Source: Bacillales bacterium UBA4278 (lineage in GTDB: Bacteria > Bacillota_I > Bacilli_A > RFN20 > CAG-826). Taken from it: a DNA stretch of 64,000 nt. This document shows positions 1 to 9,633 of the stretch, one piece after another; within the stretch, counting starts at the first letter, position 1; each line of letters opens with the position of its first letter. The translations under genes were made by a program, and so were the position numbers. The stretch lies in the NCBI GenBank assembly GCA_002395065.1, contig DGVS01000008.1, positions 807-64,806 of the forward strand, in the 5' to 3' direction. Below the pieces are notes generated by a model that did no database searches, had not been told where the DNA came from, and worked only from the letters and a program-made list of their open reading frames with translations.

Positions 1-556
<556 letters not shown>

Positions 557-577
557 CTATTCCTCTTTGCGTTTATG

Positions 578-606
578 ATAATAAATTATCACCAAAACTA
601 TTTCAA
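578..606 (-). promoter_or_regulatory. Candidate sigma-A promoter of eno
   Basis: Minus strand TTGAAA (606..601), 17-nt spacer, TATTAT (583..578), about 25 nt upstream of the eno ATG. Sequence-only prediction. Confidence 0.4.
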
Positions 607-635
607 TAAAAAAGCGTGTTAAACGCTTACATGAA

Positions 636-663
636 ATAAAAAACCCGGATTAGTAAATCCAGG
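636..663 (-). terminator. Intrinsic terminator after the lipoprotein gene
   Basis: Minus strand CCTGGAT / ATCCGGG stem (7 bp, one G-U) spans the stop codon and is followed by T6. A second, weaker hairpin AAGCGT/ACGCTT plus T-run lies at 603..628. Confidence 0.6.
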
Positions 664-1417
664 TAATTTGAATAGATTCTAGAAAGATGCGGTTATTGTC
701 GGTTCCACCTATCAATTCATTTTCTATTGTTAACATGGTAAACGTCTCAGATGGTTCATAAGTAACAATACGAGATTCTGGTTCAACATTTGTTTCTGTA
801 ACCACCATCGATGTTTCAGATCCGTTAACAATTAGTTTCGCACTATCGGTGTGCCATTGTTCTTCTGTTTCTGTTGAGTAGTCTCTATACCATTTATGGT
901 AATTATTCACTTTTAAGACGACTTTTTTCATTGGTGTTATACTTTGCCAAACAATCTTTCCAGCATCGGAAGTTCCAATTGTTAAATAAACATCTGCCCC
1001 ATTATTACGGTCGACGTTTGTGTTTATTGCTGTATAGGTAATCGAGCCGATCATTCCCTCGATATCGCAAATAGTTGAAAAATAATTCGTTAAAAGTTCA
1101 GCATTTTTCTTTTTATCATTAGGTTGATAGTCATCGTGGTTATCAATCTGCCTTCCTCCAGCTTTAAAAGTTGTTCCGGTTTCAAAAGTGTCTAAAGACG
1201 TCTCGATTAAGCGCGATACTTCAGTGCCTGGTTCAGGTGGAGGAGTTATAGAACTAGATAAAGAAGGTAAAACACTAGTTGGAGCAACTTGAGATGATAC
1301 CTCACTAGCTTGATTAGAAGACGCATCAAAAGATGATTTCTTCTTCTTTGGCGCAGAAGTACATCCAGCTATTACTAACGCTATTAAACTTAATAAAGAA
1401 AGTTGTGTTTTTTTCAT
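650..1417 (-). CDS. Lipoprotein, function unknown
   Basis: The track ORF starts at TTG 1423. ATG at 1417 has a GAGG RBS about 8 nt upstream. MKKTQLSLLSLIALVIAGC is a signal peptide with lipobox Cys, followed by a Lys-rich then Ser/Pro-rich linker. No family recognised by eye. Confidence 0.8.
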   Translation of the reverse strand: MKKTQLSLLSLIALVIAGCTSAPKKKKSSFDASSNQASEVSSQVAPTSVLPSLSSSITPPPEPGTEVSRLIETSLDTFETGTTFKAGGRQIDNHDDYQPNDKKKNAELLTNYFSTICDIEGMIGSITYTAINTNVDRNNGADVYLTIGTSDAGKIVWQSITPMKKVVLKVNNYHKWYRDYSTETEEQWHTDSAKLIVNGSETSMVVTETNVEPESRIVTYEPSETFTMLTIENELIGGTDNNRIFLESIQITWIY

Positions 1418-1465
1418 TCTCAACCTCTATGCTAGAATTATACCAACAAAATAGGGGTTGTGATT

Positions 1466-2020
1466 ATGAAATTACTAATGCTACTTGCTGATGGGTTTGA
1501 AGACACCGAAGCCTTAACAACTAGAGACGTTTTAATAAGAGCCGGAATTGAAGTAACGACTGCTTCCATCACAGATCGGCTTGAAGTAGAGTCTTCTTTT
1601 GGTGTCCGCGTTTTGGCTGATGCATTATTAAAACTCATTTTCGACACAACACCATACGATGGCATCATTCTTCCTGGTGGGGGCAGAGGAACAAAGAATC
1701 TTTCTGAGTCTCCATTAGTCGAAATGTACTTACAAAAATTTGCCTCAAAAAACAAACTTTTGTGTGCAATTTGCGCAGCCCCGTCTGTTCTTGGAAAATA
1801 TGGTTATTTAGCAAATCAAAAATATACATGTTTTGCAGGATTTAATGCTGGAATTGCAGGTGATTTTACTGCAAATGAAGTCGAAAAATCCGGAAATATT
1901 ATTACCGCTAGATCAATGCAATATTCCATTCCTTTTGCGTTAACGATTGTTGAAGAATTGTTGGGAAAAGAAGCAAAAGAAAAAGTCCAAATCGGACTTC
2001 AAGGATTAGATCCAAAATAA
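1466..2020 (+). CDS. DJ-1/PfpI (ThiJ) family protein
   Basis: LLADGFEDTEA, ILPGGGRG and the nucleophile-elbow Cys in LLCAICAAPSVL are typical of the DJ-1/PfpI fold. ATG 1466 is preferred over GTG 1460 because of the AGGGG RBS at about 1453. Confidence 0.85.
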   Translation: MKLLMLLADGFEDTEALTTRDVLIRAGIEVTTASITDRLEVESSFGVRVLADALLKLIFDTTPYDGIILPGGGRGTKNLSESPLVEMYLQKFASKNKLLCAICAAPSVLGKYGYLANQKYTCFAGFNAGIAGDFTANEVEKSGNIITARSMQYSIPFALTIVEELLGKEAKEKVQIGLQGLDPK

Positions 2021-2890
2021 TTACTTACTTAAGATGTAATCAACATACAACCGGGCAACATTTATACCGGTTGTTTTTTCTATTCCTTCATAGAAAGCAT
2101 TCGAGTTCACTTCTGAAAGAATTGGTTCCCCGTTTTCTCCCTCAAGAAGATCTACACCGCAATAGTCAAGTTGCAAAATTCTCGCAGCTTTTTCAGCAAC
2201 TTCTAAATAGGTTTTTGGAAGATCGACAACATAACTTTTCCCACCTGCAGCTAAATTAGAGAGATAAGAAAATTTGTTCTCTCTTTTCATATAAGCAACA
2301 GCTTTGCCGCCAATTACAATTATTCGATAATCTTTACCTTTTGAAGATGAAATAAATTGCTGAAAAATATGAGGCACATGAATAAGTTTGTTTTCTAAAT
2401 CTAATAATTCATTTTTGTTTGTCACAAAATAAACTTGTCTACCTAAACTACCATAATTTTCTTTAACTATCATTGGTAACCCAATGATTTCAATAACACT
2501 ATCTAAATATTTTCGATTACCGTCATCTCGATAACAAAGTGGCGATGAAATTGTTGTAGGCATTTTAATTCCTTGATCAGACAATGAAAGATGCGTGAGC
2601 ATTTTATCATCACATTTAACAATTGAAGAGGAACTATTAAAAAGGCGGTAACCGGCTCTTTCTAATTCTTCGGCTATATATCTGTCTTTATCTGTATAAA
2701 TGACAAAATCATAGTGAGGTAAAGTCGATTTTACATTACCTTCACTTAAATAAGAAAAAACATCTGTGCTTGTGTGAACATCAACTGGCACGCCTTTTTT
2801 TGAAAACTCTTCTTTGAGTCGTTTAAGCTGGTGTTGAATACCTTCTGCAACACCAAATCCGTTTATAATAATCAATCCTTTTTTACTCAT
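2021..2890 (-). CDS. RimK-type ATP-grasp ligase (alpha-L-glutamate ligase family)
   Basis: 289 aa. The C-terminal half, DYRIIVIGGKAVAYMKRE...NLAAGGKSYVV...CGVDLLEGENGEPILSEVNSNA, matches the RimK/LysX ATP-grasp pattern. Confidence 0.75.
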   Translation of the reverse strand: MSKKGLIIINGFGVAEGIQHQLKRLKEEFSKKGVPVDVHTSTDVFSYLSEGNVKSTLPHYDFVIYTDKDRYIAEELERAGYRLFNSSSSIVKCDDKMLTHLSLSDQGIKMPTTISSPLCYRDDGNRKYLDSVIEIIGLPMIVKENYGSLGRQVYFVTNKNELLDLENKLIHVPHIFQQFISSSKGKDYRIIVIGGKAVAYMKRENKFSYLSNLAAGGKSYVVDLPKTYLEVAEKAARILQLDYCGVDLLEGENGEPILSEVNSNAFYEGIEKTTGINVARLYVDYILSK

Positions 2891-3443
2891 GTTTTTTTAA
2901 ATCTAAAATTAGTTTTGTAAGTGTTAAGGCACCGTTTGCAACAAAGACAGTTGTCAAAAACACAACGTGAACAAAGATTCCTTCTTCAAGTTCTAAAATT
3001 AAAAGAATTCCAAACAAAATATCAGCAAAAGAAATGACGTATTCAGCCAAATCTAGTGGGTTTTTGCAGGATCTTTTTAAAATAAATGCGCCTGTAGCAA
3101 TCTCTAATAATCCAGACAGAGCATCAAGAAGCCCGAACAATAAACATACCAGCCATAACTCGGCTTTGTAATAAGCCAAAGTGAAGATTCCTAATCCAAC
3201 GCCAATAATTGCTAACCCCAGATAAATGTATTTAGCTCGTGGATTTTTGAAATTTCGATAAAACTCGGCAAAATGGAAAACTGAAGCAAGTAAAAACAAT
3301 ATTCCAAGTGCAACTCTTTCAAAGTCGCGACCGATAATTAAAAATGCAATTAAGATTCCAGCAAAAATAAAACAATATGAAATAAAGAACAATCTCAGTG
3401 CAATTTCAGCCTTGTTTTTTGAGTGTTTATTCATAGCAATCAT
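2883..3443 (-). CDS. Small polytopic membrane protein (about 6 TM), unknown function
   Basis: 186 aa, repeated hydrophobic segments rich in small residues. It overlaps the downstream ATP-grasp gene by 8 nt, consistent with translational coupling. Possibly HdeD/DUF308-like, not verified. Confidence 0.65.
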   Translation of the reverse strand: MIAMNKHSKNKAEIALRLFFISYCFIFAGILIAFLIIGRDFERVALGILFLLASVFHFAEFYRNFKNPRAKYIYLGLAIIGVGLGIFTLAYYKAELWLVCLLFGLLDALSGLLEIATGAFILKRSCKNPLDLAEYVISFADILFGILLILELEEGIFVHVVFLTTVFVANGALTLTKLILDLKKHE

Positions 3444-3545
3444 TTTACCACTAAAGGTACTTGTATTTTACAATTTTGTAATTTTCTACCTTTTAGAATT
3501 GAATTATTTTCCATAAATAATTATATTTATACAGCATCACAAATT

Positions 3546-5402
3546 ATGTTAGAGAAAGTTAAATTAATTGCAAAATCCGTTCGCCAATACAAAAAGTATG
3601 CGATCTGGACACCAATCTTAATGATTATTGAAGCACTAATGGAATGTGCGATGCCTTTCGTTATGTCGATGTTAATCGATACGATTACTCAAGCTGTTAC
3701 AGTTACTGCTGCTCATCCGTATAATGAAATTCACGAATTCTCTGACATCTTTAAAACATTAACTTATTCAAACGCCACTTTAAATTTAAAACTAGATGTC
3801 ACTATTTTTGGAATCATAATTGCATTAATTGTGATGGCGTTAATTTCATTAAGCGCCGGATTTATTGGTGGAAGAACTGCTGCTAAGGCTTCAGTTGGAT
3901 TACAAACAAACCTTCGCGAAGACATCTACAAAAAGATTCAAACATTCTCATTCGCCAATATTGATAAATTCCATACATCTTCATTAATTACTCGATTAAC
4001 AACTGACGTTAACCAAGTCGGTATGGCGTTCCAAATGATGATTCGAATCGTTGTTCGTGCTCCATTGATGATTATTTTCTCTGCTGTTATGGCATTCGTT
4101 GCTGGTGGATGGATGGCAGTCATCTTTATCTTATTAATTCCAGTCATTGGATTAGGTTTATGGTTTATTGGCAGACAAGCATTCCGTATCTTTACCAAAG
4201 TATTTAAACGTTATGATGCTTTAAATGAATCGGTCCAGGAAAACGTTTCTGGAATTCGCGTTGTTAAGTCATATGTTCGTGAAGATTATGAAAAACAAAA
4301 ATTCACTAATGCATCTAATTCGTTAACTGGTGGATTTATTAAGGCTGAAAAGTTAGTTGCCTTAAGCGATCCGCTTCTTAATACCACGATTCATATCTCA
4401 AATATTTTAGTTATCTCAATTGGTACATATGCAATTTATCGCGGATCAATTGATAATTCCTTCTGGATTAAATTAACAGTCGGACAAATGAGTTCTTTGA
4501 TTACCTATGGTATTCAAATTCTTGTTTCTATCCTCATGATCTCGATGATTCTTGTCATGATGCTGATGTCTGTTGAATGCGTTAGACGTATTTCCGAAGT
4601 TCTAAATGAAGAACCATCAATTAAAAATCCAGAAAACCCACTTTATGAAGTTACAAATGGAGACATTGTCTTTGACAACGTGAACTTTAAATATAAAGAA
4701 ACCGCACAAAAATGTGCATTATCAAACATCAATTTAAATATAAAATCTGGCGAATTTGTAGGTATTTTAGGATCCACAGGTTCAGGAAAAACATCTTTAG
4801 TTAATCTTATTTCACGCCTTTATGACGTTACTGAAGGAAGAGTTCTTGTTGGTGATCATGATGTTCGTGAATACGATATTCCAACATTAAGAAAATCCGT
4901 TTCTGTCGTTCTACAAAAGAACGTCCTCTTCTCTGGAACAATTGCTTCAAACCTCAAATGGGGGAAAGAAGACGCTACTGTTGAGGAGATGGAAAAAGCC
5001 TGTGAAATTGCCCAAGCTTTAGAAATTGTTAAAGGCAAAAAGGATGGATTAAATTCCAAAGTTGAACAAGGTGGAGCAAACTTCTCTGGCGGTCAAAAGC
5101 AACGTCTTTGTATTGCTCGTGCCATTGTCGGTTCACCAAAGATTTTAGTTCTTGATGACTCCACTTCTGCTGTTGATACGAAAACAGATAAGCTCATCCG
5201 TAAAGGACTCAAAGAACAACTTCCAAGTATTACCAAAATCGTTATTGCTCAACGTATTTCTTCAATTGAAGATGCAGATAAAATCATTGTTTTAGATGAC
5301 GGAGAAATTTCCGCTATCGGAAAACATAGTGAACTTTTAAAAACTTCAAAAATTTATAAAGAAGTTTATGAAACTCAAAATCGAGTTGGAGGTGCTAAGT
5401 AA
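3546..5402 (+). CDS. ABC exporter, fused permease/ATPase (heterodimer subunit 1)
   Basis: Six-TM domain followed by Walker A GSTGSGKTS, signature FSGGQKQR and Walker B ILVLDD. ATG 3546 (MLEKVKLIAKSVRQYKKY) fits type-I exporter N-termini. The track's upstream extension overlaps the divergent gene. Confidence 0.9.
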   Translation: MLEKVKLIAKSVRQYKKYAIWTPILMIIEALMECAMPFVMSMLIDTITQAVTVTAAHPYNEIHEFSDIFKTLTYSNATLNLKLDVTIFGIIIALIVMALISLSAGFIGGRTAAKASVGLQTNLREDIYKKIQTFSFANIDKFHTSSLITRLTTDVNQVGMAFQMMIRIVVRAPLMIIFSAVMAFVAGGWMAVIFILLIPVIGLGLWFIGRQAFRIFTKVFKRYDALNESVQENVSGIRVVKSYVREDYEKQKFTNASNSLTGGFIKAEKLVALSDPLLNTTIHISNILVISIGTYAIYRGSIDNSFWIKLTVGQMSSLITYGIQILVSILMISMILVMMLMSVECVRRISEVLNEEPSIKNPENPLYEVTNGDIVFDNVNFKYKETAQKCALSNINLNIKSGEFVGILGSTGSGKTSLVNLISRLYDVTEGRVLVGDHDVREYDIPTLRKSVSVVLQKNVLFSGTIASNLKWGKEDATVEEMEKACEIAQALEIVKGKKDGLNSKVEQGGANFSGGQKQRLCIARAIVGSPKILVLDDSTSAVDTKTDKLIRKGLKEQLPSITKIVIAQRISSIEDADKIIVLDDGEISAIGKHSELLKTSKIYKEVYETQNRVGGAK

Positions 5403-7393
5403 TGCCACCAATGAGAATTAGGGAACATAAGAAGGCTAAAAAGGGTACTCTGACGAGATTACTCAAAGAGCTTTTTAAGCGCTATCCAGTCAGACTTGGA
5501 TTTGCTATTTTCCTTATTCTTTTTAATGTTTTTGCTAACCTCTCATCTTCGATGTTCTTAAACTTCGTAACTGTTTGCTTATCCACCGCTTTATCAATGC
5601 CAGGTGGTGCACAAAACCCATTCACTGGAAGTTATCAGATTTCGGCAATGGGTATGACACTCAATACAAATGTTTCAATTTTATTGATTATTCTTGCAAG
5701 CATCTATGCCTTTGGTGTTTTCGCTGCTTGGTGGTGGCGTAGAACAATGGCAGTCATTACACACGAATATCTCAATGAACTTCGTATTCAAATGTTCACC
5801 CACTTACAAGATCTTCCAATCAAATATTTTGATACACATCCGCACGGCGAAATCATGTCTTTGTTCACAAACGATATTGACACAATTCGCCAATTTATCT
5901 CTGGAGCACTACCAACATTTATCCAAGCTTCTTCAGCGATTATTTTGGTACTTGTTGTAATGATGATGAACTCCATCTGGATGACGTTTGTCACTCTTGT
6001 GTGTTCTCTTTTGATGGTTCTTTCCACCGTTGTCTTTGGTGGAAGAGCTTCTCGATTCTTTATTAAACAACAAATTCAAGTCGCTAAAGTTGAAGGCAAC
6101 ATTGAAGAATCAATGAATGGTCTTAAAGTTATTAAATCATTCTCTCATGAAAAAAAATCCGAACTTCAATTCAAAGATTTAAATGATGAATTATGCACTT
6201 ACTCCACTAACGCCAATATTGCTGGTAACGTTACTGGACCAGTCAATATGAACATTGGAAACTTCATGTACATCTTAACCGCAACAGTTGGTTTCTTAAT
6301 GCTCGTTATTCCAGGATTTAATAACTTAACTCTTTCTGGATGGTCAGCAATTGATATTAATAATCCAGCGAATGTTTCAACATTCTGGGGTGTCGTTTTA
6401 TCCTTCTTGCTCATGTCGAGAATGTTCTCCAACAATATGAATAACTTCTCACAACAAGTAACATTTATTGTTATGGGTATGGCTGGTGCTTCTCGTTGCT
6501 TCGAGCTTATTGATGAAAAACCAGAAATAGATGAAGGTTATGTTACTTTAGTACACGCTAAAAAAGACGAGAACGGAAACATTGTTGAAACAAATGAGAG
6601 AACAAGACTCTATGCTTGGAAACACCCTCATGGAGATGGTTCATTAACTTATACTGAACTAAAAGGCGATATTCTCTTAGATCATGTCGACTTCTCATAT
6701 GATGGACACCGATTAGTTCTTGAAGGTATTGACATTTACGCTCACCCAGGACAACAAATTGCTCTTGTTGGCGCAACAGGTGCAGGCAAAACCACAATTA
6801 CAAACTTAATCAACCGTTTCTATCCACTTGCCGATGGTAAAGTTAGATATGACGGAATTAACATTAATAAAATTAAAAAGGACGATTTACGTCGTTCTTT
6901 AGGTATCGTTTTACAAGATGTTAACCTCTTCACCGGAACAGTTCTTGAAAACATTCGTTATGGTCGATTAGACGCGACTGATGAAGAATGTTATGAAGCA
7001 GCCAAGATTGCAAACGCGTATGACTTTATCATGCGTTTACCAGAAGGTTTCAATACTGTTCTTTCTGGAGATGGATCAAACCTCTCCCAAGGACAACGCC
7101 AATTAATTTCTATTGCACGTGCAGCAGTCGCGGATGCACCAGTCATGATTCTTGATGAGGCAACATCCTCCATTGATACACGTACCGAAAAACTTGTACA
7201 ACAAGGTATGGATCAAATTATGAAAGGACGAACAGTCTTTGTTATTGCTCACCGACTTTCAACCATTCAAAACGCAAACGCAATTATGGTTCTAGACCAC
7301 GGAAAAATTATTGAACGTGGTGACCACGCTTCACTGATCAAACAAAAAGGTTATTACTACCAGTTATATACTGGTGCATTTGAATTAGAATAA
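5402..7393 (+). CDS. ABC exporter, fused permease/ATPase (heterodimer subunit 2)
   Basis: Walker A GATGAGKTT, signature LSQGQRQL, Walker B MILDEATS. The start overlaps the upstream stop (TAATG). Paired genes of this kind are typical of heterodimeric multidrug/lipid exporters. Confidence 0.9.
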   Translation: MPPMRIREHKKAKKGTLTRLLKELFKRYPVRLGFAIFLILFNVFANLSSSMFLNFVTVCLSTALSMPGGAQNPFTGSYQISAMGMTLNTNVSILLIILASIYAFGVFAAWWWRRTMAVITHEYLNELRIQMFTHLQDLPIKYFDTHPHGEIMSLFTNDIDTIRQFISGALPTFIQASSAIILVLVVMMMNSIWMTFVTLVCSLLMVLSTVVFGGRASRFFIKQQIQVAKVEGNIEESMNGLKVIKSFSHEKKSELQFKDLNDELCTYSTNANIAGNVTGPVNMNIGNFMYILTATVGFLMLVIPGFNNLTLSGWSAIDINNPANVSTFWGVVLSFLLMSRMFSNNMNNFSQQVTFIVMGMAGASRCFELIDEKPEIDEGYVTLVHAKKDENGNIVETNERTRLYAWKHPHGDGSLTYTELKGDILLDHVDFSYDGHRLVLEGIDIYAHPGQQIALVGATGAGKTTITNLINRFYPLADGKVRYDGININKIKKDDLRRSLGIVLQDVNLFTGTVLENIRYGRLDATDEECYEAAKIANAYDFIMRLPEGFNTVLSGDGSNLSQGQRQLISIARAAVADAPVMILDEATSSIDTRTEKLVQQGMDQIMKGRTVFVIAHRLSTIQNANAIMVLDHGKIIERGDHASLIKQKGYYYQLYTGAFELE

Positions 7394-7403
7394 GGAAATT
7401 AAC

Positions 7404-8714
7404 ATGAAAAAGCTTGGAATTGCAGTACTTTTATCTATTCTTGTTATCTCTGGTTGTACTTCTGCACAAAATAAAAAGAAACAATCTTCTAGTGATACTC
7501 CAACATCTCAAACAAGTGTCGAACCAGGATCATCTTCTGTTTCTCCAACTTCTCAATCAACATCTCAATCAACATCAGTTACAAGTAGTGCACCAACTCC
7601 AACCACTGCTGGTTCGAGTAGTTCAACTGCACCTATTTCTTCGTCTTCAAGTAGCACACCAACTCCAGTTATTACACTTCAAAAAATTGGAACAATACTC
7701 TCTGAAAGAAAGATTGGGCAACTTGTTTCGTTCCAAGCAACATACTTAAGAAAAATTACATTGAATAACGATGCTCTTTTATTCTGTGCTGATGAAACTG
7801 GCTATATTGGATTTAGATGCGCCACAACAAGTGATTACATCAATAATACACATCGTTTTAAAGAAGTTAAGGTTACCGGGAAATTAGTTGAAGCAGATAA
7901 TTCGTTAGAACTCATCTATGACTCTTCCTTTGGCACGCTGCAAGAATCGTTTGTTAGACTAGGCGATTCAACACCTCTTTCATTTAACGAAAATACAACA
8001 ACTCTTCCAATCGTGCTTACTGGAATTAATCAAATTGAAGAGAAGGCAGCTTCTTTAAAACAAGACACGAAGCATCACGCATATGGAGAAATTGTTCGTT
8101 TTACAGCACAATACGCTCAAAATGAAGATGATGATAGCAACGAAAAAACCATGTTTATCGACAATTCTGGATTGAGTGTTGTTATCATTCAAGATAGCAA
8201 TGCTGTTTCTGGACATCGTTTACAACCATTGATGGATGAAAACAATTTTGGTAAATGGTATGAACTAACCGGAATTATTTCTATACGTTCATCTATTCCA
8301 GCAATTTTAGCTTTTACATGTACCTACGTTCCTAAAACTCCAACAGAAGAATCAACTTTTAATGTCACAAGTTCTACAGACGTGACCGAAACTGTCGCAT
8401 CCCATATTTTTAGTGGAAACCTCACACAAGATAAATTTAATCCACTAGATAACTCAGATTATTTTAAACTTTATCATGCTCAAGGCTGGGTTGTTTCAGA
8501 CACATACAGTTACGGTTTTACCCTTAAAGAAGGCGGAGCATTAACACCAGATGGCAAAAACACTATCAAAGGTTTCTACTTTGTAAATGGTGTGAAATAT
8601 TCATTCGAAGAATACGCTGGTAATAAGATTGACATTTGGTTCAAGATTGAATCGTACAACACTTCACATCACATTTGGACAATCTTCCTAATTGAGAGTT
8701 TGCTTCCAGAATAA
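7404..8714 (+). CDS. Lipoprotein with a long Ser/Thr/Pro-rich linker, function unknown
   Basis: MKKLGIAVLLSILVISGC lipobox, about 65 aa of S/T/P low complexity, then a roughly 340-aa globular part. Starts 10 nt after the ABC gene with an AAGGAA RBS. Confidence 0.85.
   Translation: MKKLGIAVLLSILVISGCTSAQNKKKQSSSDTPTSQTSVEPGSSSVSPTSQSTSQSTSVTSSAPTPTTAGSSSSTAPISSSSSSTPTPVITLQKIGTILSERKIGQLVSFQATYLRKITLNNDALLFCADETGYIGFRCATTSDYINNTHRFKEVKVTGKLVEADNSLELIYDSSFGTLQESFVRLGDSTPLSFNENTTTLPIVLTGINQIEEKAASLKQDTKHHAYGEIVRFTAQYAQNEDDDSNEKTMFIDNSGLSVVIIQDSNAVSGHRLQPLMDENNFGKWYELTGIISIRSSIPAILAFTCTYVPKTPTEESTFNVTSSTDVTETVASHIFSGNLTQDKFNPLDNSDYFKLYHAQGWVVSDTYSYGFTLKEGGALTPDGKNTIKGFYFVNGVKYSFEEYAGNKIDIWFKIESYNTSHHIWTIFLIESLLPE
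7551..7574 (+). repeat. Perfect 2 x 12-nt tandem repeat (TCTCAATCAACA) inside the lipoprotein linker
   Basis: Read directly: tctcaatcaaca tctcaatcaaca, encoding SQST-SQST. Confidence 0.9.
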
Positions 8715-8750
8715 AGAAAAAATATGCCGCAAATTCGGCATATTTTTTTC
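8715..8750. terminator. Bidirectional intrinsic terminator between the lipoprotein gene and folD
   Basis: ATATGCCG-caaatt-CGGCATAT 8-bp stem flanked by an A-run (8716..8722) and a T-run (8743..8749). Confidence 0.85.
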
Positions 8751-8760
8751 AAAAACTCAA

Positions 8761-9546
8761 TTATTTATGAAGCTTTAATAAATTTTCCATTAAGGCTAGG
8801 CGAGTTAATAATCCAACTCCACCTGGAACTGGAGTTTGTAATCTAACAGGAAGGTTTGGAACCGCATCACCATGTAATCCGGTTTCATCGCGGTTAATAC
8901 CAACATCAACAATAACTGCAGAATCTTTGTACTTATAAGATTCGTCTAAGATGCCTTGTTTACCAGTTGCGACAACAATAATGTCAGCGTTGGCAATGTA
9001 TCTTTCAAAATCTGGACGAGTTGTTTTCGAGTGAAGAACAGTCACGTTTGAACTTTCCGCAAGAAGCATCTTAGCCATTGGTTTTCCAACAATGTTTGAA
9101 CGGCCAATTACCACCGCATTCTTTCCTTTAAGTTCAACATTTTCTGCCTTAAGGTAGTTCATAATTCCTTGAGGAGTACATGGGTTGAGTTTGCTTAATG
9201 GATGGAAACCATCAACATCTTTTTCTGGAGAAATAGCTAATTTGATTTTATCTTCATTAATATGTTTTGGAAGTGGCATTTGAACAAGAAAACCATCAAG
9301 TTTTTTGTTTTTATTAAGTTTGCCAACTAACTTTAAAAGTTCTTTTTCAGTTGTTGATTCAGGAAGTTTAATTAGTTTTGCTTCAACACCGAGTTCGGCA
9401 GAATCTTTAAGTTTTCCTTTAACATAGGCATTTGATGCTGGATCATCATTAATTTGGACAATCACCAATGTTGGCTTACGATCCATTTTCGCAATTAAAC
9501 CTTTAAGCTCAATTTTGCGAGCTTTTACATACTCTTTGATAATCAT
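8761..9546 (-). CDS. folD: Bifunctional methylenetetrahydrofolate dehydrogenase/cyclohydrolase
   Basis: DPASNAYVKGK, VQMPLP, DVDGFHP, VIGRSNIVGKPMA and PGGVG motifs. Confidence 0.95.
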   Translation of the reverse strand: MIIKEYVKARKIELKGLIAKMDRKPTLVIVQINDDPASNAYVKGKLKDSAELGVEAKLIKLPESTTEKELLKLVGKLNKNKKLDGFLVQMPLPKHINEDKIKLAISPEKDVDGFHPLSKLNPCTPQGIMNYLKAENVELKGKNAVVIGRSNIVGKPMAKMLLAESSNVTVLHSKTTRPDFERYIANADIIVVATGKQGILDESYKYKDSAVIVDVGINRDETGLHGDAVPNLPVRLQTPVPGGVGLLTRLALMENLLKLHK

Positions 9547-9583
9547 AATTATTTCCTCAGAAATCTAGAGATATAATAACACA

Positions 9584-9606
9584 TTTTGATAGTTTTCCTA
9601 TCAAAA
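9584..9606 (+). promoter_or_regulatory. Perfect 9-bp inverted repeat just downstream of a TATAAT box upstream of nrdG
   Basis: TTTTGATAG-ttttc-CTATCAAAA. TATAAT lies at 9572..9577. This is either an operator or a 5' stem-loop. Confidence 0.35.
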
Positions 9607-9633
9607 TATTTATGCATTATTTATAATAGAAAT

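Noticed and set aside
1408-1414. Homopolymer tracts (T7/A7 at 1408..1414, and T8 near 32950) as phase-variation switches in lipoprotein or surface genes.
   Set aside because: The tracts are short (8 nt or less) and simply encode Lys-Lys or Phe in an AT-rich genome. No longer tracts or dinucleotide repeats occur at gene starts.
3423-3545. N-terminal extensions proposed by the ORF track. These affect the ABC exporter (3423), nrdG (9586), gatC (21092), GT4 (39836), GT2 (55954), rpsF (57080), lysS (58706), ftsH (61761), the FDP gene (53148), the 46649 ORF (47026) and the lipoprotein (1423).
   Set aside because: The extensions begin at non-ATG codons or inside neighbouring genes or promoters. In most cases (not the ABC exporter gene at 3546) the internal ATG has a properly spaced GGAG-type RBS, and the internal ATGs reproduce the conserved N-termini of the families.
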